Assembly: GCF_009914755.1 (NCBI RefSeq)
Contig: NC_060935.1
Origin: the human T2T-CHM13v2.0 reference genome, Homo sapiens
Length of the DNA: 64,000 nt
Strand: one strand, 5' to 3'
Under the pieces are notes generated by a model, which was not told the DNA's origin, did not search any database, and saw nothing but the letters and a program-made list of their open reading frames with translations. Made by a program: the position numbers and the translations under genes. Below are positions 20,544 through 35,279 of the stretch, piece by piece. Position 1 is the first letter of the stretch; each line of letters opens with the position of its first letter.

Positions 20544-20975
20544 CACATGATAGCTATAAGGGCTGACAAAGACTTCCTCTAACATTCCTTCTGGCAGGTT
20601 GAATTAGAGTTTGGTTGCAGACCGTGTGGGTTGAAGGGATGTGTGGTGAGACAGATCAGGGGCTTGTAACAATCCTACATCATCATGAATCCAGTTTAAT
20701 TTTAACTTTGTGGCTTGTCTAACACATTTTCAGTTAAGAGTTGGGGAATAAATCTACCGTTCCCTGGCAAACACTTGGCAGCCCTTGGGAGCAGCATCTT
20801 TGGAGAACACATAATCAATCCTAGCACTACAGCATAGCAGATATTGTGAGTGCAGGTCACAGGTGCCCTCGGATGGAGAATGGCATCCTGTGACAATGAC
20901 AGCAGTGGGGTCTCAGGGCATAGAGCAGGCAGCTCCGGAGCATCTCAGTCAATCCCAGGACCATGGCATGGCCTC

Positions 20976-21071
20976 TCAGTACTGATAGGACCTCACAAGG
21001 AGCCACATAAGAATAACCGTAATCAAGACAATAGTGAAGTTGAGAAACAGCTCCCGGGTGTTTATCCCCAT
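20976..21071 (-). CDS. SLN: Sarcolipin, 31-aa single-pass SR membrane micropeptide that regulates SERCA
   Basis: Minus-strand translation [31 protein letters not shown] matches human sarcolipin as recalled (hydrophobic helix, luminal RSYQY tail). ATG (plus-strand cat 21069-21071) is in a strong Kozak context (gaaaATGG); stop TGA at 20976-20978. Confidence 0.99.
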   Translation of the reverse strand: MGINTRELFLNFTIVLITVILMWLLVRSYQY

Positions 21072-21252
21072 TTTCACAGCGGCTTGGTGAGAACTGCAGG
21101 CAGATTTCTGAGGGCACACCAAGGACCTCTGGCTTCTCCTCACCTCCTGATAAAACATAACAAAGAAAACACAAGGAGATTAATGGGCATTCCTGTATAA
21201 CAATGCTCGTTCTTTCCTCAAAGGAAACAGAAGTGTTGTGGAAAAGGAGAGT

Positions 21253-21730
21253 GTGATGGGCTAAATTGTGTCCCCCAAAAATCTACATGTCAAAGCCCTA
21301 GCTCACAGTATCTCAGAATGTGACTGTGTTTGAAGATAGGGTCTTTTAAGAGGTAAATAAGTTAAAATTAGGTAATTAAGGAGGGCCCTAATCCAATATG
21401 ACTAGTGTCTTTATCAGAAGAGATTAGGACACAGACACATGCAGAGGGGAAGACCATGTGAAAACACAAGGAGAAGATGGGCATTTACAAGCCAAAGAAA
21501 GGACTCAGAAGAAACCAACTGTGCCAACACCTTGATCTGGGACATGTAGCCTCCTGACAGTCTTTGGACTGGAGACTTCCCTAAGTCTCCAGCCTACCAG
21601 CCCACCCTGCAGATTTTGGACTTGCCAGTCTCTGCAATCGCACAAGCCAATTCCTTAAAAACAGACACCAATCCCCTCAACACAACACATTCTATTAGTT
21701 ATGTTTCTCTGAAGAGCCCTAATGATTACA
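21253..21730 (+). mobile_element. Composite LTR: MLT1B-like 5' part joined to an MLT2-like 3' part
   Basis: tgtgatgggctaaattgtgtccccc... (MLT1B-like) to ~21555, then ...cccaccctgcagattttggacttgccag...gtttctctgaagagccctaatgattaca (MLT2-like end). Confidence 0.65.
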
Positions 21731-22049
21731 GAGAGAGAGCCTGATTTCTCTGCCTGATGTCATAAAGACCACCATTTTTGTCCTGACTTTTTTCCTGTGA
21801 TGATCGTATTGGTGCTTTTCATAAAATGTGAAATATTACATTTTTCTTTCTCCAACTTCTGTGTGTGTTTGCGTGTGTGCGTATGCATGTGTATACTTTT
21901 CTTAAGAGTATCAATAAGCAGGGGTACCAAAACAAAAAAATTTTATGGTTTAGTATTGTTCTTGCTTTGAATTACATAGATAAGTGGGATGCCATAATCT
22001 TTCAGGCCTCAGGCTGCTGTAGGTCTTCATCTAACTCTACGGAAAGCAG

Positions 22050-22260
22050 AAAGTACTTTCAACAGCTGCATGGCCTCTGACAAGTCCTGCATTGGGCACA
22101 TAGCCTACTGGGATCAACCAAAAGCCCCTGGCATAACAGGCATTCAGCCGAAAGAGCAAGTGTTAACTTCATGGGTACTTCGGTTTCAACAAGGGCTTGT
22201 GCCAGCTATTTTTAGTCAGGTCCAGGATGTGCCTAGATTGTAAACATTTCAAAGAGCAGG
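22050..22260. promoter_or_regulatory. Candidate intronic muscle enhancer of SLN
   Basis: Perfect MEF2 CTATTTTTAG (22206-22215), myogenic E-box aaCAGCTG (22063-22068) and forkhead GTAAACA (22240-22246) in unique sequence. Confidence 0.45.
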
Positions 22261-22705
22261 GATGGTATCTTCATAGTATGTACAGATTGTCCATACAGGA
22301 AATCATACTTTGAGAACATGTGCAATGAAGTCATCAAACTATTGTCTTCAGTGAGATGGTGTAAATTGCACATTATTTATGCAGCCTAAATGAAATTAAA
22401 GATTTATATATTTTAGATAATTCGATATCTATGTTTTAGACATTTAGGACCAAAGTCTACTGTAGAGTGAAAGTTTAGGGAGAAAGGGTATTTTGTGTGT
22501 TTGCTAAAGGTGAGAGTTCAAGAGGCTGAAAGGGTTGTTAGCAAGCTTTTGGTCTGAGTGGTATTTTTAAACTATCTAGCATGACTGAATTATTAATTGT
22601 AATTACTGTATTGATTATATTATCAATGGACCAAATTGTTAATTGCATAAATGCCAACTGAATGATCATTTTTCATATTGTGTAATTGGCATAACATACA
22701 GGTTC

Positions 22706-23128
<423 letters not shown>

Positions 23129-23789
23129 TTACAAAGATTTGCATGGAGGAGAAAGTAAACAGAATAAAATGAATGGATCAAGGAAAAAGGATTTATGAGA
23201 ATGTACAAAAGAGCAGAGGAGAACAGAACGGTAATGAGTCTTGCCAAGGTGCCTGGAGGCAAAGGAATGAGAAACGAAGACAGACTCTTTCTTATAAACT
23301 TATCAATGAAATAAAACCATAGTCCAAATGTCCATCTATTTGGGTAAGTTCTCAAGAAATGCAGAGATAAGCAGAAAATATGAAGCCTGGCTTATAATGG
23401 TCAAAACAATTCAAGGAGAGCAAAACAACGGTCCCACCAAATCTGCCTATTAAATTAAGCTGTTAAGTCATGGGAATCATGGATAGTGATCCAACAGGAT
23501 ATACTCAGAAAATGAGAAAAATACTATTGAAAGCTGTTCCACAGCTCTGTTTGTGTTACCTTCGCAACAACTCAGGCAAGTGTTACTGCAGTTTTTATCT
23601 TTCTCAAGATTACAGCTGAGAAACTGACTTTTAGAGAGAGGAGATTAAGATGTTTGTGTAATGACAGATAACAAGTTAGAGGCAAAGCTAGAATTAGCAG
23701 ACTGGAACTAGTTACTAGAATTCCTAGGAGTTATGACACAAGTGAATTGTCACTGCAATTAACTGGCCTGGCTAAACAAAGTTAGCATA

Positions 23790-24380
23790 AATTTTCAACC
23801 ACTTTGGAAAACAATTTAGCTTTCTTAGAATTAATGTTGAAAATGTTCATTCTCTAATATCTGGCATTTCACTTCTACCTTAAGACAGTCAAGGACGTGC
23901 GTGCCAGGTTACATAAATAAAGAGTTCACAGCAATATTATCACAATAACTCCAAACTGGAAACAACTCAAATGTTTATCAACAGCAGAATGGATGATAAA
24001 TTGTGGTATAGTTATACATTTGAATTTCATAAAGCAAAGAAAATATATGAACTATAGCTACACAGAAAATGGGTAGATCTCACAAATATAATTGTTGGGT
24101 GAAAGAAGAATTTACAAAAGAAACAGAGAATATGACTCCATTTATATGATGTCAAAAATAGGGAGGTTAATCATATTGTTTAGGCATGCAGACATAGATG
24201 GTCAAATTATAAAGAATAACAGGGACAAGAGGATCCCAACATCTTGGGGCAGAATGGGGGTTGATCAAGAATGGGCTTCTGGGTGCTGGCAATGATCTGT
24301 TTCTTGACCTGGATGATAATTATAGAAGTGTTGCCTTTCAGTTATTGTTTAAACTGTGTATGTTTATGCACTCTTAACTT
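23790..24380 (+). mobile_element. L1ME-like 3' fragment in the SLN intron
   Basis: aactggaaacaactcaaatgtttatcaacagcagaatggat...aaattgtggtata. Confidence 0.7.
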
Positions 24381-25103
24381 TTTTTTTTTCAGTCATTTCT
24401 GAATTAGCAGGCTACCCATCACACTTCTTTCTTTCTTGGGATTTACCTCTTACTACTTCTTGCACTTTAATGGTGACCTTGAATATTTGTTGTTTTATGT
24501 GATTTTAGATGAATAAAACATGAAGAGTTAAGGTGAGAATTTCTAGTGAATTCAATTCAATCAACACATATGCTAACTGTAAGGTGTGGTGTGAACATTC
24601 CTTTCACACACATTTATACACTTTAGGAAGAATGAACCAGTTAGGCAGAAATTCAGATCAGCCAAGTTCCATTTTTCTGCTTTTAACCAATAAAGACACT
24701 TTGGGTTTCATTTTAAACATTCCCTGAAGTCAAGGTCATGCCATATGATCCAGTGATTGCAAATGGATGAACTAAAACCCAAAAAGCTCTGAATAAATTG
24801 TGCAGGAAGTTTGACATTGGCTTTCTTTGAATGGAGACTTAGAGAAGATAGAAAAAAGACCATCTTCCATAATACAAGAAAGAAAAAAAATTTTTTTTTA
24901 CTAGGAAGGGAGAAAATGCATACCCTTAGGAGAAAAAAAAAGGAAAACAGAAAGCAATAGTACTCACTTTATATCTTAAGGCATGCTGTATCCAAGGGGC
25001 ATTGCCTATTTCATTAAGAAATGCAAACATTCCTCTGCCTTTCTCATTTGCAGCTTGTACACACACACACACCGTATGCTAAGCATAAAAATCCTGCAGT
25101 TAC

Positions 25104-25202
25104 CTGAAGAGGATCAAAGACACACCCTGGCTATGGCAGGTTTCTCCTCGCTGTCTCCAACTTGAGCTCCAACTCCTTCTCCCCTCCCAGGCTGTCTGGA
25201 CT
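25104..25202 (-). other. SLN: SLN non-coding exon 1
   Basis: Donor cttcag|gtaact at 25104/25103. The exon sequence (agtccagacagcctgggaggggagaagg...) matches the SLN mRNA leader as recalled and gives a 3957-bp intron (21147-25103). TSS approximate. Confidence 0.85.
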
Positions 25203-26652
25203 CCTGGACTCTGGGCAGCGCCTAAAGTAGTCCGTGGAAGCTGGCAATCACTGTGATGTCACTGATGAAACATCTCAAAGGAACACCCTCCGAAGGTTCG
25301 AGGCTATTTGTGTTCGGGGGACATGGAAATATGTTGACTAAGACTTTGTTCCTTTGGCTGCCAATTTGCCACCACCAGGATTTAAAAACCTTCTGTTTCC
25401 AGTTGACTTTTAGTGCAATTGATGTGGGTTTTAAATGTGTCTTTTACATCTTCATGAATAACTTTAACATGTCTTTAAAACATCATAAACCAAGAATGAT
25501 AGACTAATTTTAACCAATCGATGCTGCATTTGACTGCTCTCCCTAGTCAGCCTGTGAGGTGTAAAAATGTGACTTCATTTTACCACCCATATCTTTAGTT
25601 ATTTGAAATGTGAAGAGTTTGCTGCCTTACACCCACACATATGCACACCCATACACACACACACACACTCCAGAATTCAATAGGCATCTTTAGCTCTTTC
25701 AAAACTGACTTTAGTCCAAGCAGTGAAAGCTATCCCCTCCGTCACCTGCTCCACGTAACTTTCCAGCTAAGCTGTGCATTGCAAGTTTACACGTGGATCT
25801 ACAGTTTCATCTGAAACAGCCGAGGAAGTCATGGTTTGTATATCTCTGGCAATAAATTAATAGAGCAGTAAACTCACACAGTTCAACTCAGTTATTTGGA
25901 TAGATTGGGAGTGGAAGGAGAACTGGGTAAAATTAGTGAAAAATGTGAATTATAGAATATATCTGAAAGAAAGAAAAGTATTATATAACTTTCTAATATG
26001 AACACTAACTAAAATTAGACTAAGATGAGTTTGTAACCAATGTATCACATGTTTGGAGCCCCTGAAGTGTTAAATTAGACTTGAAAGCAGATCAATTAAG
26101 TACTTTAAACATGACCCTAGCAATTGTGTTTGCTCAGCAGATCCTTTCTTTATAGATAATAGAGGAAATCTCCCCCTCTGAATTCCCAATTAGGGTCAAT
26201 CAAAATAATGCATTCCCAAAAGGCATAAACAAACAAAATTCTCTATGCAGTTATGCTCATAGTCAAACCTTTCCCTCCATTCCTCATACCCCAGAGACAT
26301 TACCAAAACAAGACTTTCCATTTCATTTCCTCATTTTAACATAAGCTTAGCAACGGGTAATCTTAATACAACATTCTGTCACCACTTGTCTTGTGAAAAG
26401 AGCGCTTGCTGAAGTGACAGAGAGTGTATAATAATTATAGTGCAACCGAACATTGGCAGTTATCTGTTGCCATCTGGCAAACTCCTTGAATGTAATCAGA
26501 GTTCTGTCTTCTGCCTCCAAGCTCTCACTAGATTGTTTCCCAGGCTGGGAATGTTTTTCTAGTTACCAAGCCACACCTGTCCCTTTTTGTAACCACTCAA
26601 AATTATTTTTTGTCAAATTAAAAAAGTTATATATTTATTGTAGGACATGTGA

Positions 26653-27100
<448 letters not shown>

Positions 27101-29377
27101 TAAAAGAATCTGAAACTTGAAAACCTTTTTTCTTAATTCATTTGGAATCAAATTATTTGTAGTATATCATGTGTTGATATTAGGTTTATGGGATAAGCAT
27201 TTATTTTGTACATCTCAGATTATGAATTAGCTCTACAATATTTAAAATGTTAAATACAATAGCGAAATGTTAACGTATCACCAAAAGAGCTCTCCAATGT
27301 TGTCATTTTGTTGAATTGGTCAATTTCAAAGTAACTTAGAAGAAAAATTCTACTTCTTATTTGACCGAATTGATGGGTTAGTCTGGTTTGCCTCATTTAA
27401 GCATGTCTAAGCTGCACCAAGGACTACTGTGCCCAGTGCATTGACAAATTCCCAGACTTCAGACGCTTCTGAAAATTAGTGGTTTCTTCTGTAATGTCAA
27501 GAGATTGGGATTACACTTGGAATGTAGTTATCACTAGTTTAGCTTTACCCTCTCCAGAAACACATGCAAGCCGCCCCAAATCACCTGACAACTACTCAAA
27601 GGCATAAGGAGGGTTTAACCCTCAGGATCTGCAGGTTTGCTTAAAAAAAAAAAAAAAATCTTGTTTCCTGCAAGGAGCCAAAATAAAATAAAAATAAACT
27701 CAACATTATTTTACAAAATCAACATTATTTTTTCTCATTTAAGAAGTTGAGAATTCCAACATTTCAGACCTTAGTACCAAAGCAAATTCATCCTTTGCAA
27801 TTAACGTTACTTAACTCTGCTAATACTTTCCTTCCTGAGAGCAATTGCCATGACTTAGCAGCATTCATTTCATATCAACTTTCTTTCAAGGTACTTCTCT
27901 GCCCATTGGCAGGACGACATTCTAAATAAACTTTGAAATTATTTCTCTGCCTACTAATCTAGAACTTAGCCAACGGCCAAAAATGTTAAGAAAACAACAT
28001 TCACATTGACGCTGGCACTGAATCTCTAATTGGTATCTCCCCACCACCATCACCATATACATTCTCAGGTGTGAAAATGACATCCTTTGAGAATCAGTGC
28101 TGAGCTCTTGTGCCTGATCGGTTGCTAAACTAGCTCGTTTCATGTACTCCCCTCGTCCACCCGCCTTTTTACCCTGAGAACTGAAAAGTGAAGACCTATG
28201 TCAGTCCTAGAATTCTGCAAGTCTGCAACATGATGAGAGAAGTCACCAAGGCCTTGATGAAGGTGATAAGCTCTCAGCACTTCACAGTATCGAGCATGAT
28301 CGTCTCAGTGGCCTTCTCACTTTGCCATCTTCACATCCAGCTGGTCATGGAGCTGGGAGAAAGAGAGCAACAGCTTTCTGCTATTCTCCCTCACTTTCCC
28401 AAACACATGAGTGAGCGCATGCCCAGAGAGAAATGAAAACCCTACTTCTTGAAGTTTTCTCCACGTCACTATTGCCACAGTCATCAAATAAGCCCTGCCT
28501 TTCTGGCCACGGGGAAAGCCCATGTAAAAGTCATGAAGAAACTTAAGTGGCCACTGGCAGGTCGACACAATACTGCTAATTCAAACACTTTAGCCCAAGC
28601 CATCTGCGGGAAAGTGGAAAGCAAATGGACCTTGAAGTGACAAAGGCCTGTGTTCGTATTCTAAATTTTCCACTTACTGAGTAACATTAAAAAAATGATC
28701 ATCTATCCTTTCTGGGCCTCAGTGTCCCCATCTATAATATGGGAATACTAATAACCCTCAAAGATCTGTGATCAAGATCCAATTGATAATGTACGTAAAA
28801 TCAACTTGTTCCTTTCCATCACTAAGATTTGGTACTACACCGATGTGTGTAAAGCCAAGCATAGAGCCTGCCTGGTCATAAGTTAAACCATGCTAGTTGT
28901 TTGAGGTTTTTTTCAATCCTAATCATTAAAAGTAAATAAATAAATGACAAGGAGGAACTCCTTTCTCTTGGACAAGTACAAAGCTTCTCTTTTCATTTAT
29001 GACCAAAGGAGAATGGGCTGAGTGTCACTTCGTGTAAAAATCCTGTGAAACATGCACTAATATAAGGACTGACTTGAGCCCAGGCAGTGAATGGAGGGCA
29101 TGGAGTTGAAGAAAGCTTGGCCTCCTTGACTCTGTCTCTCTCCTGCCACCTGTGTGTCTCTCAGATGCTGCCCAGGTACTGCCACTACAGAGCCGAGGGG
29201 ATGTACATCAGAAGGCCAAGTCATCACCTTTGCCATTACTTCTGCAATTGTTCAACTGGTATCAAGTGAACACTACTAAATACACAGCATTGTTCTAGTC
29301 ACACAAGAAATAATAATGACACAGAGTAGGGCTACTGCCCCCCAAAAGAAGAAGATTAAGAAAAGTAGACACTATTT

Positions 29378-29875
29378 GCAGTCCATCAACAGATGAATGG
29401 ATAAAGAAAATGTCATCTATATACACAATGGAATACTATTCAGCCTTAAAAAAGAAGGAAAATATTGGAGAACATGATGCTAAGGGAAATAAGCCAGACA
29501 CGACAAATACTGCATGTTCTTACTTATATGCGGAATCTGAAACAATCAAACTCATAGAAGCAGAGTAGAATGGTGGTTACAGAGGCTGGGGAATGGGGTG
29601 AATGGGGAGATGATGGTCAAAGGATACAAGGTCTCAGGAAGAACAAATATATTTTAGGCCTATTGCACAGGATGGTGAATATAGTTAATAACGGTGTATT
29701 GTACATTTCAAAACCGCTAACAGTAAATTCCATTGTTCTCACCATGAAAAATGATAAGTATTTGATGTAATGGATATGTCAATTAGCTTGATTTAATTAT
29801 TCCACATTTGGTAGCCTATAAATATCTACAACCACCAATTGTCAATTTACAATAAAATTTGAATTTTTTTTTTAA
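29378..29875 (+). mobile_element. L1MA/MB 3' end
   Basis: gtccatcaacagatgaatggataaagaaaatg... through aataaa. Confidence 0.75.
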
Positions 29876-29887
29876 AAAGGGGCAGCT

Positions 29888-30192
<305 letters not shown>

Positions 30193-30772
30193 TTAGAATA
30201 CAAGACAGTGTGAGAGAGGTGGCATCAGAATGACGTCAGGAAAGATGATAGGAGTACCTGGGTGAGATTAAAAGAGAGCAGAGCAACTTCTTACAAAGCA
30301 TAGAGAGTGGTACTGAAGATGAAGCAGACTCATAAATGATCAACTAGAAGACTTGAGTTGAGCCTCAAAAAGAGAAAAAAAGCTACTTAGGGCTAAAATA
30401 ATAATAATAACCACAACAATGTCAAGTAGCACTTACTAAACATGAATCACCTTATTTAATTCCTTCAACAATCCTGTGAGGTGGGTACAACATTCCTATC
30501 CCATGGAGGAGAAAACTCGGGCCCAGAGAGGCTGTGCCTTGATAAGTCGAAGAGTGCCTAAGTGACAGAACTGAGATTTAAAGCTTTTGGACCCAGCCCT
30601 GAGCTCTAACCACTACACGATAGTGCATTCAGGACAACTATGAAAGCATCCTCTAGCCCAGGAGCCTCCACCTCCTTTTGACTGTGCACTTTATTGATAA
30701 AAAATTTTACCATGATCACTGACAGAAAATGTATGTATTTTTAATAGATTATATGCAGGTGCTACTATACTA

Positions 30773-31164
<392 letters not shown>

Positions 31165-31631
31165 CTACTTTGTTTGTTTTTCCCCATCAGGAGACTACTT
31201 TTCCCCCATTTGGAGACCTCTGCAATACTCTATGGCACCTAAAAAAGAATGCCATAAAATTTAGCTTTTGGTTATACATTGAATACTGGAAGGTGAACAA
31301 TAAATCCTTGTTGAAAATATAAATGATTATTACCTCTGTCATTACCCACTTGTGACAACTGTGATTTTTGTCTCACTAACTGAATTTAAACTTCAAAGTC
31401 ACAATTGCTTGTATTTCTTTTGTTTCTCTAACTGTGCCCTGAACCAGTGAAGAAGCAGAGTAGATGCTCCAAAATGCATAGCATTGATGCATTTTGAATG
31501 ATGCATTTTGAGTGATGGAGGTTGAGCCTCCATCACTTCACATCCCTGCTGATGTCCAGGTATGTCTGAGCATGGTAAAAGTCAGTGGGGAAGTCAAGGT
31601 CAACATCAAAGCTACTCATACATGGACCTCA

Positions 31632-32500
<869 letters not shown>

Positions 32501-32757
32501 ACACTCACATTCTGCCCATTCTACTTCCCTAGAGCCTGGCCTGGTAGGGGAGAGGGCTATGGGCAAAAACTCCATAACTCTTTACTCTTTAACAATTAAC
32601 CTCAACAGCATGTAGCACTGAAAGGGAGAGAGAGTTTCTCCCTGAAAGTGTCATGTCGCAGACCTCAGCATATCCACGGAACCAGTGGTGTAATGTCCTT
32701 CAATAGAAGTGTCACGGAGCCTGGCAGAAGCAGCAAGACTGTCCAATAATCACTTAC

Positions 32758-32996
32758 CTGCCGTTTATATTAATCTCTGCAGGCCTCAGCAGCAGACAGC
32801 AGCAGAGAAGTGCCAGAGCTCAAGAGCAAGAAAATGACAGACCGTATGTGATACCTGACAGTACTTGTTCATGAGCACACGTGAGCCACCCCCAAAGTTG
32901 CTGGAAATAATCAGGAGGAACATCATAGTGGTATGCAGTCTTGCATAACAGGTGGGAAAAAGAGCCAAAAAAAATATGTGTTACTCCTATTTATAA
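32758..32996 (-). promoter_or_regulatory. Candidate distal SLN promoter and alternative first exon
   Basis: Perfect donor CAG|GTAAGT at 32758/32757; MEF2 consensus CTATTTATAA (32987-32996), which also reads TATAAATA on the minus strand; E-boxes CACGTG (32878) and CAGGTG (32949); non-repetitive sequence. Confidence 0.55.
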
Positions 32997-33957
32997 TAAC
33001 CCATCTTAAGTCCTGGATTGGTGAGGTGACGCCTGTTAGCATCATTTGACTTGGAACCAATTAAACTCCTCTTCTCTGGAACAAGTATATTTCTGTTCTA
33101 TAATAAGATTCTGTAAACAAATGGCTTTCTCTCAGCACATTAAACATAGTTACCAGGGGGAAAAAAGAAAAGAAGCAGCCAAAAATATGTTTACTACTGG
33201 GCTAATACCATCTGCCCTCAGAACACTTCCAGATTTCAGATTGGCTTTGTTATTTTTTGGACGGGGAAATAAGAATTCAGCAGTCTGTTGATGTGCTGTT
33301 ACTGAACTGTCCAGGGAGATTCTAGCCAGACACGCCCACTTGAAATATGCTGTTCCTTTGTGAATCTGATCAAGGGTATTTTCACTGAATCTCTTCTGGG
33401 AATCTGTCAGTCAGAATAACACAATTGCAGTTACAGCAAGAATAATAAGGATTAGATAAAATTGCTTGTTGTTCTCTGTGAAGAAGTTCATTTGGCTTTA
33501 GCTTTTGGCTATTAAAGCAGAGAGAACAGAGTCCTGAAGAATCATGAAAATCTATCTCTGCTCTCTGTATGAGTAATGAGAAAACTGAACTCCCTGTTTG
33601 GAGCAATGTGGAAGAAGATTAGCTGGATGCAAGCTCCAGGCTAGGTTTTCTTTTGGATTAGGGATGTGCTATCTCAGAAGGCAATCAGGCACATGTTCGA
33701 CAGGCTGGGGAGTAACCTAACCTTTTACACTTTTACAGTGAGAGAGAATGTGGAGTTGCCAGGGGCTAGTGTTCTCGGAATTTGGGCAGCTTATCTTGGA
33801 GAAGTGGTTCAGGGCTACTGTATGTAGCTTGCATTTCACTGGTTCTTACCCCATTTGGCAGTGTAGAACAGAAAACCAAATATACACATCCCTCAGGCCA
33901 CCACTATATCTGTGTCATCACGGGGGTATACCTCTTGTACAACAAAAGTCCAATCAA

Positions 33958-34452
<495 letters not shown>

Positions 34453-34786
34453 CTATTCCTTTTTTAATTAGATGTTGACAGCATTCATCAGGCATTTACA
34501 GTCAACCCTTTAGTCCTACCACACCGGCTGAGAACCAACACATACACCAGACATTCATCCCTGCCACTTCCTCTATGGACAATCACATCTGCCAAGCACC
34601 ACCACTGCTTGCCTTGGGCATTGTCCACTACTACAAGGAAGGAGCCCTTTCTCTGCAGCCATCTATGCTGGATCCCAAAGCTTTTAACCACTGGAGGTAC
34701 GAAAGTACACTTACTTCTGGAGCAAAATTGGGGTAGGTGTGGAGAAGTGTGTCTCTTTCTGTGTGTTACAACCTGTTGAGGAATAC

Positions 34787-35279
34787 TGTATTAGTCAGGG
34801 TTCTCCAGAGAGAGAACCAGTAGGATATATTCAGACATCTAAGAGGATATTTATTATGGGAATTGGCTCACATGATTATGGAGCCTAAGACCCACAGTAT
34901 GTCATCTGCAAGCTGGAGAACCAGAAAAGCCAGTGGTATAATTCAGTCTGAGTCTGAAGGTCTGAGAACCAGGAGAACCAAGGGTGTAAGTCCCAGAGTT
35001 CAAAGGCCCAAGAACCAGGAGCACCAATGTCCAAGGGCAGGAGAAGATGGGGGTTCCAGACCAAGAAAAGAGAGAATTTACTCTTCCTCTGCCTTTTTGT
35101 TCTATTTGGGTCCTCAATGAATTGGATGCTGCCCACCCACACTGGTGAGAGCAGTCTTCTTAGTCCCTGATTAAATGCTAATCTCTTCCAGAAACACCCT
35201 CACAGGCATACCCATAAATGATGTTTAATCTGGGCACCTCTTGGCCCAGTCAAGTTGACGCATTAAATTCACCATCACA
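34787..35279 (-). mobile_element. MLT2B-like (ERVL) solo LTR
   Basis: tgtattagtcagggttctccagaga...aaattcaccatcaca; 5-bp TSD aatac/agtac (1 mismatch). Confidence 0.85.

Larger units (their letters stand above)
20515..21146 (-). other. SLN: SLN exon 2 (75 nt of 5'UTR, CDS and 3'UTR)
   Basis: Acceptor ...ttgtgttttctttgttatgttttatcag|gaggtg at 21147/21146 with a clear polypyrimidine tract. The 3' end is estimated from AATAAA at 20538-20543; the cleavage site is approximate. Confidence 0.9.

Noticed and set aside
20976-21158. 60-aa N-terminally extended SLN ORF (MFYQEVRR...)
   Set aside because: Its ATG (21158) lies in the intron's polypyrimidine tract. The spliced exon 1 has an in-frame TAG 10 codons before the junction and no ATG, so the 31-aa product is the real CDS.
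20850-21200. 116-aa plus-strand ORF antisense to SLN
   Set aside because: GTG start, no recognisable homology, and it crosses the splice site; a chance antisense frame.
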